Shown: in pieces, positions 1 through 8,515 of the stretch
How the letters are laid out: every line of letters begins with the position of its first letter
How positions within the stretch are numbered: position 1 is the first letter of the stretch
NCBI GenBank assembly: GCA_032718475.1
Contig: JAUCBJ010007114.1
Span: 1 to 38,400 of the forward strand
Origin: Nemertoderma westbladi
Taxonomy: Eukaryota > Animalia > Xenacoelomorpha
Reading direction: 5' to 3'
Length of the DNA: 38,400 bases
Notes under the pieces: model-generated
What the model was told of the DNA's origin: nothing
What the model saw: only the letters and a program-made list of their open reading frames with translations
The model's database searches: none
Made by a program: the position numbers and the translations under genes

Positions 1-327
1 CAGCGTACGACGCCGCCGTTGCTACCTCTTGGTAGGTAAACGGTAGCCTCCGCTTTATGATTTCCATGTGAGTCTCCTGATTGATAAGGAAGAAACCCCA
101 CTTGAACTCCTGGGCCTTCATGCGCTGGCGCGTCATGGCCCCGACGTCGGCCCACTCCTCGAATCTCGTGAACTTCTCCTCGTCGTTCATCCAGTCGCAC
201 TCGCGTCCGTAGTGTCCCCGAAAGTGGCACTTTGGACATCGGTTATGCAACCGTGGACACGCCCCCATCCTGTGGCTTGGTTCTCTGCAGTAGAGACAAA
301 AGGTTCCCTGTTGGAAAGCAGCTATAG
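1..327 (-). CDS. Frameshifted C-terminal continuation of ORF3 with two more CCHC zinc knuckles, open to window edge
   Basis: Adding one C at minus-strand TGC-C(C)T-ATA gives PIAAFQQGTFCLYCREPSHRMGACPRLHNRCPKCHFRGHYGRECDWMNDEEKFTRFEEWADVGAMTRQR..., with no stop to base 1. Confidence 0.8.
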
Positions 328-2217
328 GCAGCTGCTTTCCCGATGGGTCTGTCTCCCACAGTAATCGCAGCCGAGTACCAATGTCTCCCATCCCACCTCG
401 TCTTTCGTCCCAAGCGATCTCCGCGGTCTGTGGAGTCGCTGGTAGGCGAACTTCTCTACGTTGGTCTCCCTGTCTACGTCGATCTCTCCGCCCCTCTCGG
501 GCATCGTCTCCCCGAATACTATCCGTGGTGCCGTCCCCGGTTGCTCGCCCAACCTGATGGTGCTCCCCGCGAAATCCATCGCCGGCTCCTCGTGCACCCA
601 GGTCCGCTTGCCGGATCTGTTCCAGAAGGCCCTCGCCCCACTGGCCGTCACCACCCTTCCGCCAACCCAGTCCGTGTCCGAGTGGCCTATCCTCTCGATG
701 GGCGGCATCTCTCCGAACTCGTCGTCGTCGTCCTCCTCTTCCGGTAGTGTCTCCAATCCCGGTATCCCGATGGATCCACTATGTCCCTTCCCGCCTTGGC
801 TCTCGCCCGTAGCTCTCCATCCCTCTAGCTCCCTTAACTTCCTTGGCGGTTGGTCGCCCTCGGCGCCCGCTGGTATGGGCATCGTTTGCAACCCCGACGT
901 CGACTGTTTCGGCGATCCCACCGTCCATCCCAATTCTCGCCCTAGAGACTCCCCCGAACTCCCTGATGAAGTCCAATGAAGTTCGTCTAGGCCTGCCTGT
1001 TCCTCGAAGCCGTAACTCTGTGTCCTGGCCTCCTCTTCCCTCTCCTCTGCTTCTATCCTCTCCCGTCTAGCGACTTCTTCCAGTCGCTTTGCTTCTCGTC
1101 TATCCGTCTCTAGCTGCTCCCATCTCTGATACGGTGTATCTGTCTCCCCGTCTACCAGATGTCGGCTGTTGTAGTACACCGACTCGCCCTTCAGCCCCGG
1201 GTGGTCTACCAGACCGTCAAAGGCCACTTTAAAGGCTCTCCTGTAGCTTAGGGGTGATCCCGATAACAGAAATGCCCCTGGTTCCCTCTCGATAATCACG
1301 GTCATGAATAAGTTAAGCAAACTTATCATCATCCAGTCCTCCTGCAGGATATATCGCTTCTGATATACCTTTATCGCTCCCCTGCGGAACTGATATACCT
1401 CCTGCTTTCCCGGTCTCGCTCCCCACTTCAGCGAGTTCGCTAGTTCTGCTCCGTATTCTTCCCTAAACTTCCCCCAGTCCATCGGTTTGTGGCATACGAG
1501 CCCCAATAATTGGCCCATCGCCACCGCCCCGCATTGGCCTGTGTTTTCGACTACCCCCAATCCATCCGGTGCCGTCATGGCCATAAAGACTTTCTGCATA
1601 TCCAGGAGGTTGGTGGCGTCCGGACCGATGATCCTCTCCGCGTCCTCGCGAATCGCCGATCCCACTTTCGTCGTCGACTTCTCTCTTACTAAGACTTGTA
1701 CCGCTTTCGGTAATCGGTCTAATTTCGGTCCGTCCTTCTTCCCATACGTCCCTAGGTCGAATAAGAAGATGTCCCCATTTGGCGCGGCCAAATGTAGGAG
1801 TATGGTCCTGGCCGACCCTGCCGTTCCTCGTCTCGAACCCGCCTCGTCTTCCACGGTTCCCTCGTCATCTAGGATCATATATCCTCCTCTGTTGACGGAC
1901 TCTATGAATCTCTTCCAGTCCTTCCTCGGTGATTCCCTCGGGTATTTCGGAATCCCGAACTTCGCCTCATCCCCTTTTACCACGTAGTGGAAGTGTTGGA
2001 AGATCGCGTTGTCCAGCGATGGGGTCCCGTAGGTCCCGACCAGCCGCTGATCGTGCGCCTCCCGGAAGTGATCCTGCAGCGCTCGTGCCGCGTGACCCCT
2101 TTCCAACCTCTCGTAGTATCCTCTCGTCTTCTCTTCCGGATGCCTCTCGGTGAAATCCACCAGTATCTCCTTTCCACCTGACTCCGCCTTTCTCTTTCTG
2201 ATCAACTTACTCGCCAT
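322..2217 (-). CDS. Accessory ORF3: DnaQ-like (DEDDy, WRN/EXD-type) 3'-5' exonuclease domain, acidic/charged linker and first CCHC knuckle
   Basis: ExoI YMILDDEG (~1858-1881); LLHLAAPNGDIFLFDL; LPKAVQVLVREKSTTKVGSAIREDAERI (compare WRN-type LP..L..LL.DP.I.KVG.GI..D..KL, ExoII); NLLDMQ; ExoIII-like QKRYILQED; C-terminal CDYCGRQTHRESSC. Confidence 0.8.
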   Translation of the reverse strand: MASKLIRKRKAESGGKEILVDFTERHPEEKTRGYYERLERGHAARALQDHFREAHDQRLVGTYGTPSLDNAIFQHFHYVVKGDEAKFGIPKYPRESPRKDWKRFIESVNRGGYMILDDEGTVEDEAGSRRGTAGSARTILLHLAAPNGDIFLFDLGTYGKKDGPKLDRLPKAVQVLVREKSTTKVGSAIREDAERIIGPDATNLLDMQKVFMAMTAPDGLGVVENTGQCGAVAMGQLLGLVCHKPMDWGKFREEYGAELANSLKWGARPGKQEVYQFRRGAIKVYQKRYILQEDWMMISLLNLFMTVIIEREPGAFLLSGSPLSYRRAFKVAFDGLVDHPGLKGESVYYNSRHLVDGETDTPYQRWEQLETDRREAKRLEEVARRERIEAEEREEEARTQSYGFEEQAGLDELHWTSSGSSGESLGRELGWTVGSPKQSTSGLQTMPIPAGAEGDQPPRKLRELEGWRATGESQGGKGHSGSIGIPGLETLPEEEDDDDEFGEMPPIERIGHSDTDWVGGRVVTASGARAFWNRSGKRTWVHEEPAMDFAGSTIRLGEQPGTAPRIVFGETMPERGGEIDVDRETNVEKFAYQRLHRPRRSLGTKDEVGWETLVLGCDYCGRQTHRESSCL

Positions 2218-2454
2218 TCCGAACGTTCACTCGCTCACCTGCAAGGTGGTGCCTTACCAAGGCGCAATACAGATGAGTGATGTATCTAGGATGTTCTGTA
2301 CAGTTCAATAATGGCCTATTTCCTACTTAACTGCGCCTTTAACCTAAATTATTCTTAATTAATTTTGAAGCTAGTAAATGAGCGTAATTTACAATTTCTG
2401 TCCGTTACTTTTATTGTGTTCTAGAATAACTTCCCTTTTGTTCTCTAACTCTGA

Positions 2455-3130
2455 CTAATGGTACTACATACCCTCTAACTCTAGCTCCAACTAACGGTAC
2501 TACGTACCCTCTAACTCTAACTCTAACTAACGGTACTACGTACCCTCTAACTCTAACTCTAACTAGCGGTACTACGTACCCTCTAACTCTAACTCTAACT
2601 AACGGTACTACGTACCCTCTAACTCTCTAACTAACTATCGGTACTACGTACCCTCTAACTCTCTAACTAACTATCGGTACTACGTACCCTCTAACTCTCT
2701 AACTAACTAGCGGTACTACGTACCCTCTAACTCTAACTCTAACTAACGGTACTACGTACCCTCTAACTCTCTAACTAACTATCGGTACTACGTACCCTCT
2801 AACTCTCTAACTAACTATCGGTACTACGTACCCTCTAACTCTCTAACTAACTATCGGTACTACGTACCCTCTAACTCTCTAACTAGCGGTACTACGTACC
2901 CTCTAACTCTAACTAACTAACTGGCGGTACTACGTACCTCCTAACTAACTAACTAACTAACTAACGGTACTTACGTACCCTCTAACTAACTAACTAACTA
3001 ACGGTACTTACGTACCCTCTAACTAACTCTCTAACTGGCGGTACTACGTACCTCCTTACTAACTAACTAACTAACTAGGTACTACGTACCTTCTTACTAA
3101 CTCTCTGCCTACTAACTGCGTACCTACCAT
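2455..3130. repeat. ~36-bp tandem array (~18 units) between pol and ORF3
   Basis: Repeated core CGGTACTACGTACCCTCTAACT, with the rest of each unit built from CTAA/CTCTAA variants. Confidence 0.95.
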
Positions 3131-3247
3131 GTACTATTTTTTTTATTTTATTTTATTTTATTATTTTGTTTGTGGGAAGGGCGTCTCGCCCTCAATCCCA
3201 CCCCCCTCAGTCCAAAACTTGGACGACTAAACTTTTCTCTAACTCTG

Positions 3248-6200
3248 CTAAGGTGCCCCTTCTAATAGACAGCATTTACCTACAGCTCTCCTGTAGGTTT
3301 TTCTGTCCTTCGCACCTATCTTTCCACCTATCCGCACTTCTACCGATCGGACTCTTCCGTCCTCGTCGGAGTAGGTGCCTACAACTCTCGCCAACCGCCA
3401 TTGGTTGTTGATGATGGTATCATCCGTAACAATTACGAGATCTCCCTCTCTTAACTCCCTGTTTGACTTCCTCCACTTGCTTTGTTTATGGAGTGTGGGT
3501 AGGTATTCCTCGACCCACCTCCTCCAATACTCTGCGCTTATTGCTTTAGCGACTTTCCAACTTTGGCGGGAGTGTATGTCGTCTGGGTCTACACCCCGCA
3601 TGTCTATGGTCGCTGGCCTCTCCATTAGGAAGTTAATGCTAGGCGTTAGCACGTCTAGTGACTCAGGGTCATCATTCTCCGGATATAGCGGTCTGCTATT
3701 AATGATCCCCTCGCACTTCGCAAGTACTGTACGTAAGACGTCTTCAGTGACCATATGGGTGTTCATTAACTTCGTCATTAGACGCTTTGAACTGCCCACC
3801 AGTCTCTCGACGCATCCTAGTGTATGTGGTGCATACGGCGTCCTTCTCTCCCACTTTACTTGTCGTCTCCTCATGGCTGCCTTGACTTCTTCTCCCTCCA
3901 AGATGTCCAGGGCCTCTGCCATCTCACTCTCTGCGCCCACAAAGTTGGTGCCGTTGTCGCTGTATATCACTGCGATCGTCCCACCTTTGCGGTCCCTAAA
4001 CCTTTCTAAGGCATTAATGAATGCTGATGCGGTTGCATCTTGGGCGAGTTCTATCCCTACCGCCCGCGTATTGTTGCATACGAAGATAATGCCGTAGCGT
4101 TTCTCCGTGTGTCGCATCACTTTGATCTTTATCGGCCCGAACATGTCCACACCGCAATGCGTAAATGGCGGGTGGTGCTGTCTTACCCTACTCGCCGGTA
4201 GTGGCGCCATCTCCTGTACGGCTCGCTCCTTCTTCGCCCGTCGGCAGGTCTGGCACTGTCCCACTACCGCTTTAACCTTCTTTCTTAATTGTTTGACCCA
4301 ATAGGTCCTCCTTATCTCTGTGAGGGTTCGGTTGGTGCCCCCGTGCAATATCGATTTGTGAGAGTCCCATATAATCTGGTGGACTATTGGCGATCCTGTA
4401 GGAATGATGATGGGTTTCGGTGGTACCACTATGCTGTTGTTGTATCCCACCCTAGAATTCATTACTAGAATCCCGTCGTCATTGAGTTGTGGCGACAGCG
4501 TAATCAGCTCGCTGTCCCGTCGGAGGTGCTGTTGGTTACCGACGCGTTCCACCTCGTCGCCGTAGTTCTTCCGTTGTTCATAGCGGATCACTGCCTTGGC
4601 CGCTCCTTCCAGATCTATGGTTGCCCTGATCTTCTGGTCCTTGCCAACTCCCGCGAGGAAATTCCCGAAAGCTCTCCAGTACGCCACTAGTTTCTTGGTC
4701 TTATACCAACTAGAACTGTAGCTGAGGAGTTTATCCGTCGGGTTATCGCACAGTTCTCGTACTGGTTGCACGTCCCTAATCTCCCTCACCATCTGGGAGT
4801 ATATTTCTTCTCCCTCTGAATCTCCCTCTTCTCCTTCTGATACTACTTCCGAGCCCGGGTCCACCTTCCTCATCGGCGGCCAGGCCTCCCTATCGCTCAG
4901 AAATTGTGGCCCATGTTGCCACAATACTTCCTTCTTCAGGAAAGTGTGGCGTTCCATGCCCCTCGACAGCAAGTCCGCTGGGTTCTCGTCTGTTGGGCAG
5001 TAGTGCCACCTTTCCAGTTCTGTGCTCGCCCTTATTTCGTCCACTCTATTCGCGACGAATATCGGGTATCTCGTCCTTTCGTTGTGTAGCCAACCAAGCA
5101 CTACCATGGAGTCCGTCCAGTAGTGTGTCTCCACTATGTTGGGAATAGTATCCACTAGGTAGGCTGTGGCTCTTACTCCTAGTCTCGCAGCTGTCAATTC
5201 TAACTTGGGAACTGATGCTGAATCTGGCGGCGTTGACTTTGCTTTGCTAAAGGCTAGCCTTGGCTTATGAGCCCCCTCTCGTTGTACTAAGTAGAGTGCC
5301 GCTCCGTACGCTTCCAACGACGCGTCGGAGAACATGTGTAGGTCCAGATTCGTCATGTTCCCATCCGGGAAATACACCCTTGGCATGTTGTATGTTCCCA
5401 TCTTCTCCAAGTTTCCTGTCCACTTGCTCCACTGTTTCTTGATTTCCTCTGGTACCTCTACGTCCCACTCATCTTTCAATTTGTATACTCTCTTGAGTAT
5501 CTGTTTCCCCGTGACTAATAATGGGGATGCTAGGCCTAGGGGATCGTATATCCTTGCTATATACGATACATAGCCCCTCTTCGTGTGGATGTCTGCGCCC
5601 TCCTGGCTCAGCTGATACTTCAGTTCGTCTGTCTCTCTATCCCACACGATTCCGAATGCCTTCTGCTGGGATTCCGTTCTCTTAATCGCCATGTCCTGCC
5701 CTTTGGCTGTTGTGGGATTATCCATGGTCGATTCTGGTTTCCTGTCCTCTATGGCTTTGATAAATTCTTCCGAACTGGATTGGAATTTGGTCAGGTTAAA
5801 GCCGGATCCTTCTAGGATGTCGCGAACCTCGCGCCCTATATCCAGTATCTCCTTAACCGTATTTCCAGACTCCATTCCGTCGTCTACGTAGAAGCCGCGT
5901 CGAATCATATCGACAGCCCTACTGCTGTATCTATCTTCCTTCCCCTTTACTGTGTCTCTCACTGCCATAGTCTTAGTAAATGAAGACGACTTGGCCCCCA
6001 TGTTCTGTACTATCATCTTATATGCTGGTATTATCGGCGGTTCTTCTTCGCCGTTATACCATAAGAAGCGTTGACTGTCGCTATCTTCTTCCGTTACATG
6101 GACTTGGTTGAACATGCCTTCTATGTCACACGTGAAGGCGTGTTTCCCATTCCTAAATCTAAGTAACACCTCTATGCCCGAATTGTATATGTTTGGGCCT

Positions 6201-8515
6201 TCTAACAGGTAGTCGTTTAAGCACTTTCCGTCGGTCTTTGCCGATGCGTCGACTACCATCCTTAGTTTACCTTTCTTTGGATCTAAAGCCACGTGCAGTG
6301 GCAGGTAATATGTTCTATCTGTGTTCGGCTCGTCGACCGGTAACTCCACGGCCCATCCTTTCTCGACATACTTCTTAATTGTTCTGTGGATGTACTCATT
6401 CTTCTCGGGGCTCCGTTTTAGTGTTTGTTTCAGTTTGCGGAGTCTCGTGAGTACCATCCCCCTATTGTCGGGCAGCGGTATCTTCGGTAGTTTCCATACC
6501 ATTCCTATAGTATACCGTCCCTCATCGCACGTCATTGATTCCTCCACGCTTTGTAGAGCCTGCTTGTCTTCTACTGAGGTCCCGACTCCGGTTTCTTTCA
6601 GTCCCTCGAAATCTTGTCTGAGCAGTCTTTTGAGCTGCTCCTCTGCTCCCTCGTCACCCATTTCCTGCATTGTTCCCGCGAACATGCATCCTGATGTCTC
6701 CGACATCCTAAATGGTATCTTGCTCTTGATTGGACCGCTCAGCGTCCACCCGAATGGTGTTAATATGGCCACCGGGTCACTCTGCTTGTCTTCGCCGAAG
6801 ACCGTTTGCATTCTTTCGTGGGCCGTTGGGCAGTCCATACCTACTATGATGGATACCTTCCTAACGTCCACGTCTGGGATTGAGAAGTCAATGTTGTCCA
6901 GGAATTTATACTGCTCGACCTCGATGTTGGTTGGCCGCCTGGCATTGATATTAATTGACTCTATCACTTGAATGGGGTCGATGGTTGCCCCATAGTCGCA
7001 TCCTGGTGCCACTGCTGCAATTGCGCACCGTCCTGTTCTCATCTCCAGGATCTCATCTTTGCTAGAGATGGTTGTTACCGCCATCCTGCTTGGCCTCGTT
7101 CTCAATCCTATCTCCTCGGCCACCCATTCCTCGACTAATGTGAAGGCAGCTCCACTATCAACCAGCATTAGTGTTGTTACTGATCGATTGCCTTCCCCGA
7201 TCACTCGTACTGGTACTACTCCAAGTAGCACCGTTCCTCTCTTCTTCGCCCCTACTGTGCTCGTCGCCATCGTTTGGCCTCTCCTTTGACCAAATTTCAT
7301 TGGCTTCTCCTTGCACTCCCTTGCTCTATGTCCACTCATTACACATCGCGAGCAGATTTTATTGCTGAACGCATAATCTATCTGATCTTGCCTAGGTAGC
7401 GCCTGCCAGTACCTGCAGTTCATAGTTTGATGAAGCGCATTTGCGTGTAGCTGACATTTGCTCTTTGGGTCGTAGCCCTCTTTATACAGTGCATTGCGTA
7501 TCGCAGTTGCGTTCGTACCAAAGTCCCTACTATTCTTATTGTTTGGGTTTTGCCTATTGGACGTACTGGGGTTATGTTTATTCGTGTTATTATTGTTTCC
7601 CTGTCCGTTCCATGATGTTGTCTTATCCTCGGCTAGCTGTGGACTTGCAGTCCCCTGCGTCGCTGCATATGGCAATGATTGCCTGAGTCTCGGTAATGCG
7701 TTCGATGTGTTGTGCTCTGGTTTCGGTCTATGGTAGTCTGTCTTCGGTCCCTTTCCCAGGCTGTCTTCGCTATAGACTGGGTCAGTTATTAGTTCAGCCT
7801 CGTAGTTTAAGAAGTTTGACATTTCTTCTAAACCCGGTTCCGCACCCTTCTTATCTCGAGTGGAGAAGGCGATCTTCCTCCACTTGTTGCGCAGCCAGTT
7901 TGGTAGTGCCTGCGCTATCGTGGTGATGTTGTTGGACGCATTGAGCTCGTACGGCGCGTCTAGCGTCTTCAGCACGATTAGCGCCTTTTCGACTTTGTTA
8001 GCGAACGTCTTAATGCTAACGGGATTATCCTGTAGGCCACCCGATGTTATGCCCCTCAGCGTCTGCCTGATGATCTTGGCCGGGTGCCCGTATTCCCTAT
8101 CCAGTGCCCGCCATGCTGTCGTGAAGCCGCCCTCTATTCCTTGATATTGCCTCACGATGTCGTATGCTGGGCCTCCCGTGTATACTTGCAGATACTTTAG
8201 GCACTCCGCCTGCGTCAAGTTCTTTGTTAGTATTTCGTTACTATACATGCGCTGAAACTGTAGATATTCTTCCGGCCTGCTCCCATCGAATTTGAATGGT
8301 TCCACGGGTGGTAACTCGATCCTCGTTTTCAACGCATCGATCAACGTGGCCATCCCCATCGCCTGCGCTTCCAATGGATTCGATGGGTGCTGCATAGTTT
8401 CTCCTGTCTGGTGCGGCTCGTCCGTCCTATTTCTTGACTTTCTCTGACTTGGATATGTCATCGGGGGTAGCGGCCCCCTCCATATTTCTGTGTCACACGA
8501 CTTATTCTCATCCAA
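3248..8515 (-). CDS. BEL/Pao Gag-Pol core (capsid-like DUF1759-type, Zn knuckles, aspartic protease, RT, RNase H, integrase)
   Basis: FKFDG..EEYLQF; CSRCVMSGHRAREC; LVDSGA; YYLPLH, RMVVDAS, DIEGMFNQV, FYVDD; HMFSDAS, KLEL, WTDSM, NPADLLSRG; HKSILH...CQTC; GVDMFGP, SDNGTNF, ERLVGSSK; WRRWVEEYLPTL. Confidence 0.97.
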   Translation of the reverse strand: MDENKSCDTEIWRGPLPPMTYPSQRKSRNRTDEPHQTGETMQHPSNPLEAQAMGMATLIDALKTRIELPPVEPFKFDGSRPEEYLQFQRMYSNEILTKNLTQAECLKYLQVYTGGPAYDIVRQYQGIEGGFTTAWRALDREYGHPAKIIRQTLRGITSGGLQDNPVSIKTFANKVEKALIVLKTLDAPYELNASNNITTIAQALPNWLRNKWRKIAFSTRDKKGAEPGLEEMSNFLNYEAELITDPVYSEDSLGKGPKTDYHRPKPEHNTSNALPRLRQSLPYAATQGTASPQLAEDKTTSWNGQGNNNNTNKHNPSTSNRQNPNNKNSRDFGTNATAIRNALYKEGYDPKSKCQLHANALHQTMNCRYWQALPRQDQIDYAFSNKICSRCVMSGHRARECKEKPMKFGQRRGQTMATSTVGAKKRGTVLLGVVPVRVIGEGNRSVTTLMLVDSGAAFTLVEEWVAEEIGLRTRPSRMAVTTISSKDEILEMRTGRCAIAAVAPGCDYGATIDPIQVIESININARRPTNIEVEQYKFLDNIDFSIPDVDVRKVSIIVGMDCPTAHERMQTVFGEDKQSDPVAILTPFGWTLSGPIKSKIPFRMSETSGCMFAGTMQEMGDEGAEEQLKRLLRQDFEGLKETGVGTSVEDKQALQSVEESMTCDEGRYTIGMVWKLPKIPLPDNRGMVLTRLRKLKQTLKRSPEKNEYIHRTIKKYVEKGWAVELPVDEPNTDRTYYLPLHVALDPKKGKLRMVVDASAKTDGKCLNDYLLEGPNIYNSGIEVLLRFRNGKHAFTCDIEGMFNQVHVTEEDSDSQRFLWYNGEEEPPIIPAYKMIVQNMGAKSSSFTKTMAVRDTVKGKEDRYSSRAVDMIRRGFYVDDGMESGNTVKEILDIGREVRDILEGSGFNLTKFQSSSEEFIKAIEDRKPESTMDNPTTAKGQDMAIKRTESQQKAFGIVWDRETDELKYQLSQEGADIHTKRGYVSYIARIYDPLGLASPLLVTGKQILKRVYKLKDEWDVEVPEEIKKQWSKWTGNLEKMGTYNMPRVYFPDGNMTNLDLHMFSDASLEAYGAALYLVQREGAHKPRLAFSKAKSTPPDSASVPKLELTAARLGVRATAYLVDTIPNIVETHYWTDSMVVLGWLHNERTRYPIFVANRVDEIRASTELERWHYCPTDENPADLLSRGMERHTFLKKEVLWQHGPQFLSDREAWPPMRKVDPGSEVVSEGEEGDSEGEEIYSQMVREIRDVQPVRELCDNPTDKLLSYSSSWYKTKKLVAYWRAFGNFLAGVGKDQKIRATIDLEGAAKAVIRYEQRKNYGDEVERVGNQQHLRRDSELITLSPQLNDDGILVMNSRVGYNNSIVVPPKPIIIPTGSPIVHQIIWDSHKSILHGGTNRTLTEIRRTYWVKQLRKKVKAVVGQCQTCRRAKKERAVQEMAPLPASRVRQHHPPFTHCGVDMFGPIKIKVMRHTEKRYGIIFVCNNTRAVGIELAQDATASAFINALERFRDRKGGTIAVIYSDNGTNFVGAESEMAEALDILEGEEVKAAMRRRQVKWERRTPYAPHTLGCVERLVGSSKRLMTKLMNTHMVTEDVLRTVLAKCEGIINSRPLYPENDDPESLDVLTPSINFLMERPATIDMRGVDPDDIHSRQSWKVAKAISAEYWRRWVEEYLPTLHKQSKWRKSNRELREGDLVIVTDDTIINNQWRLARVVGTYSDEDGRVRSVEVRIGGKIGAKDRKTYRRAVGKCCLLEGAP

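Noticed and set aside
322-2217. ORF3 as an envelope gene
   Set aside because: No signal peptide, C-terminal TM anchor or Cys-rich ectodomain; the motifs fit an exonuclease.
2455-3130. CRISPR-like array (36-bp period, palindromic core)
   Set aside because: Spacers are not unique, only CTAA/CTCTAA variants; no cas genes; eukaryotic TE context.
3190-3247. Polypurine tract plus 3' LTR directly after pol
   Set aside because: A G-rich stretch exists, but the following sequence does not match the candidate 5' LTR.
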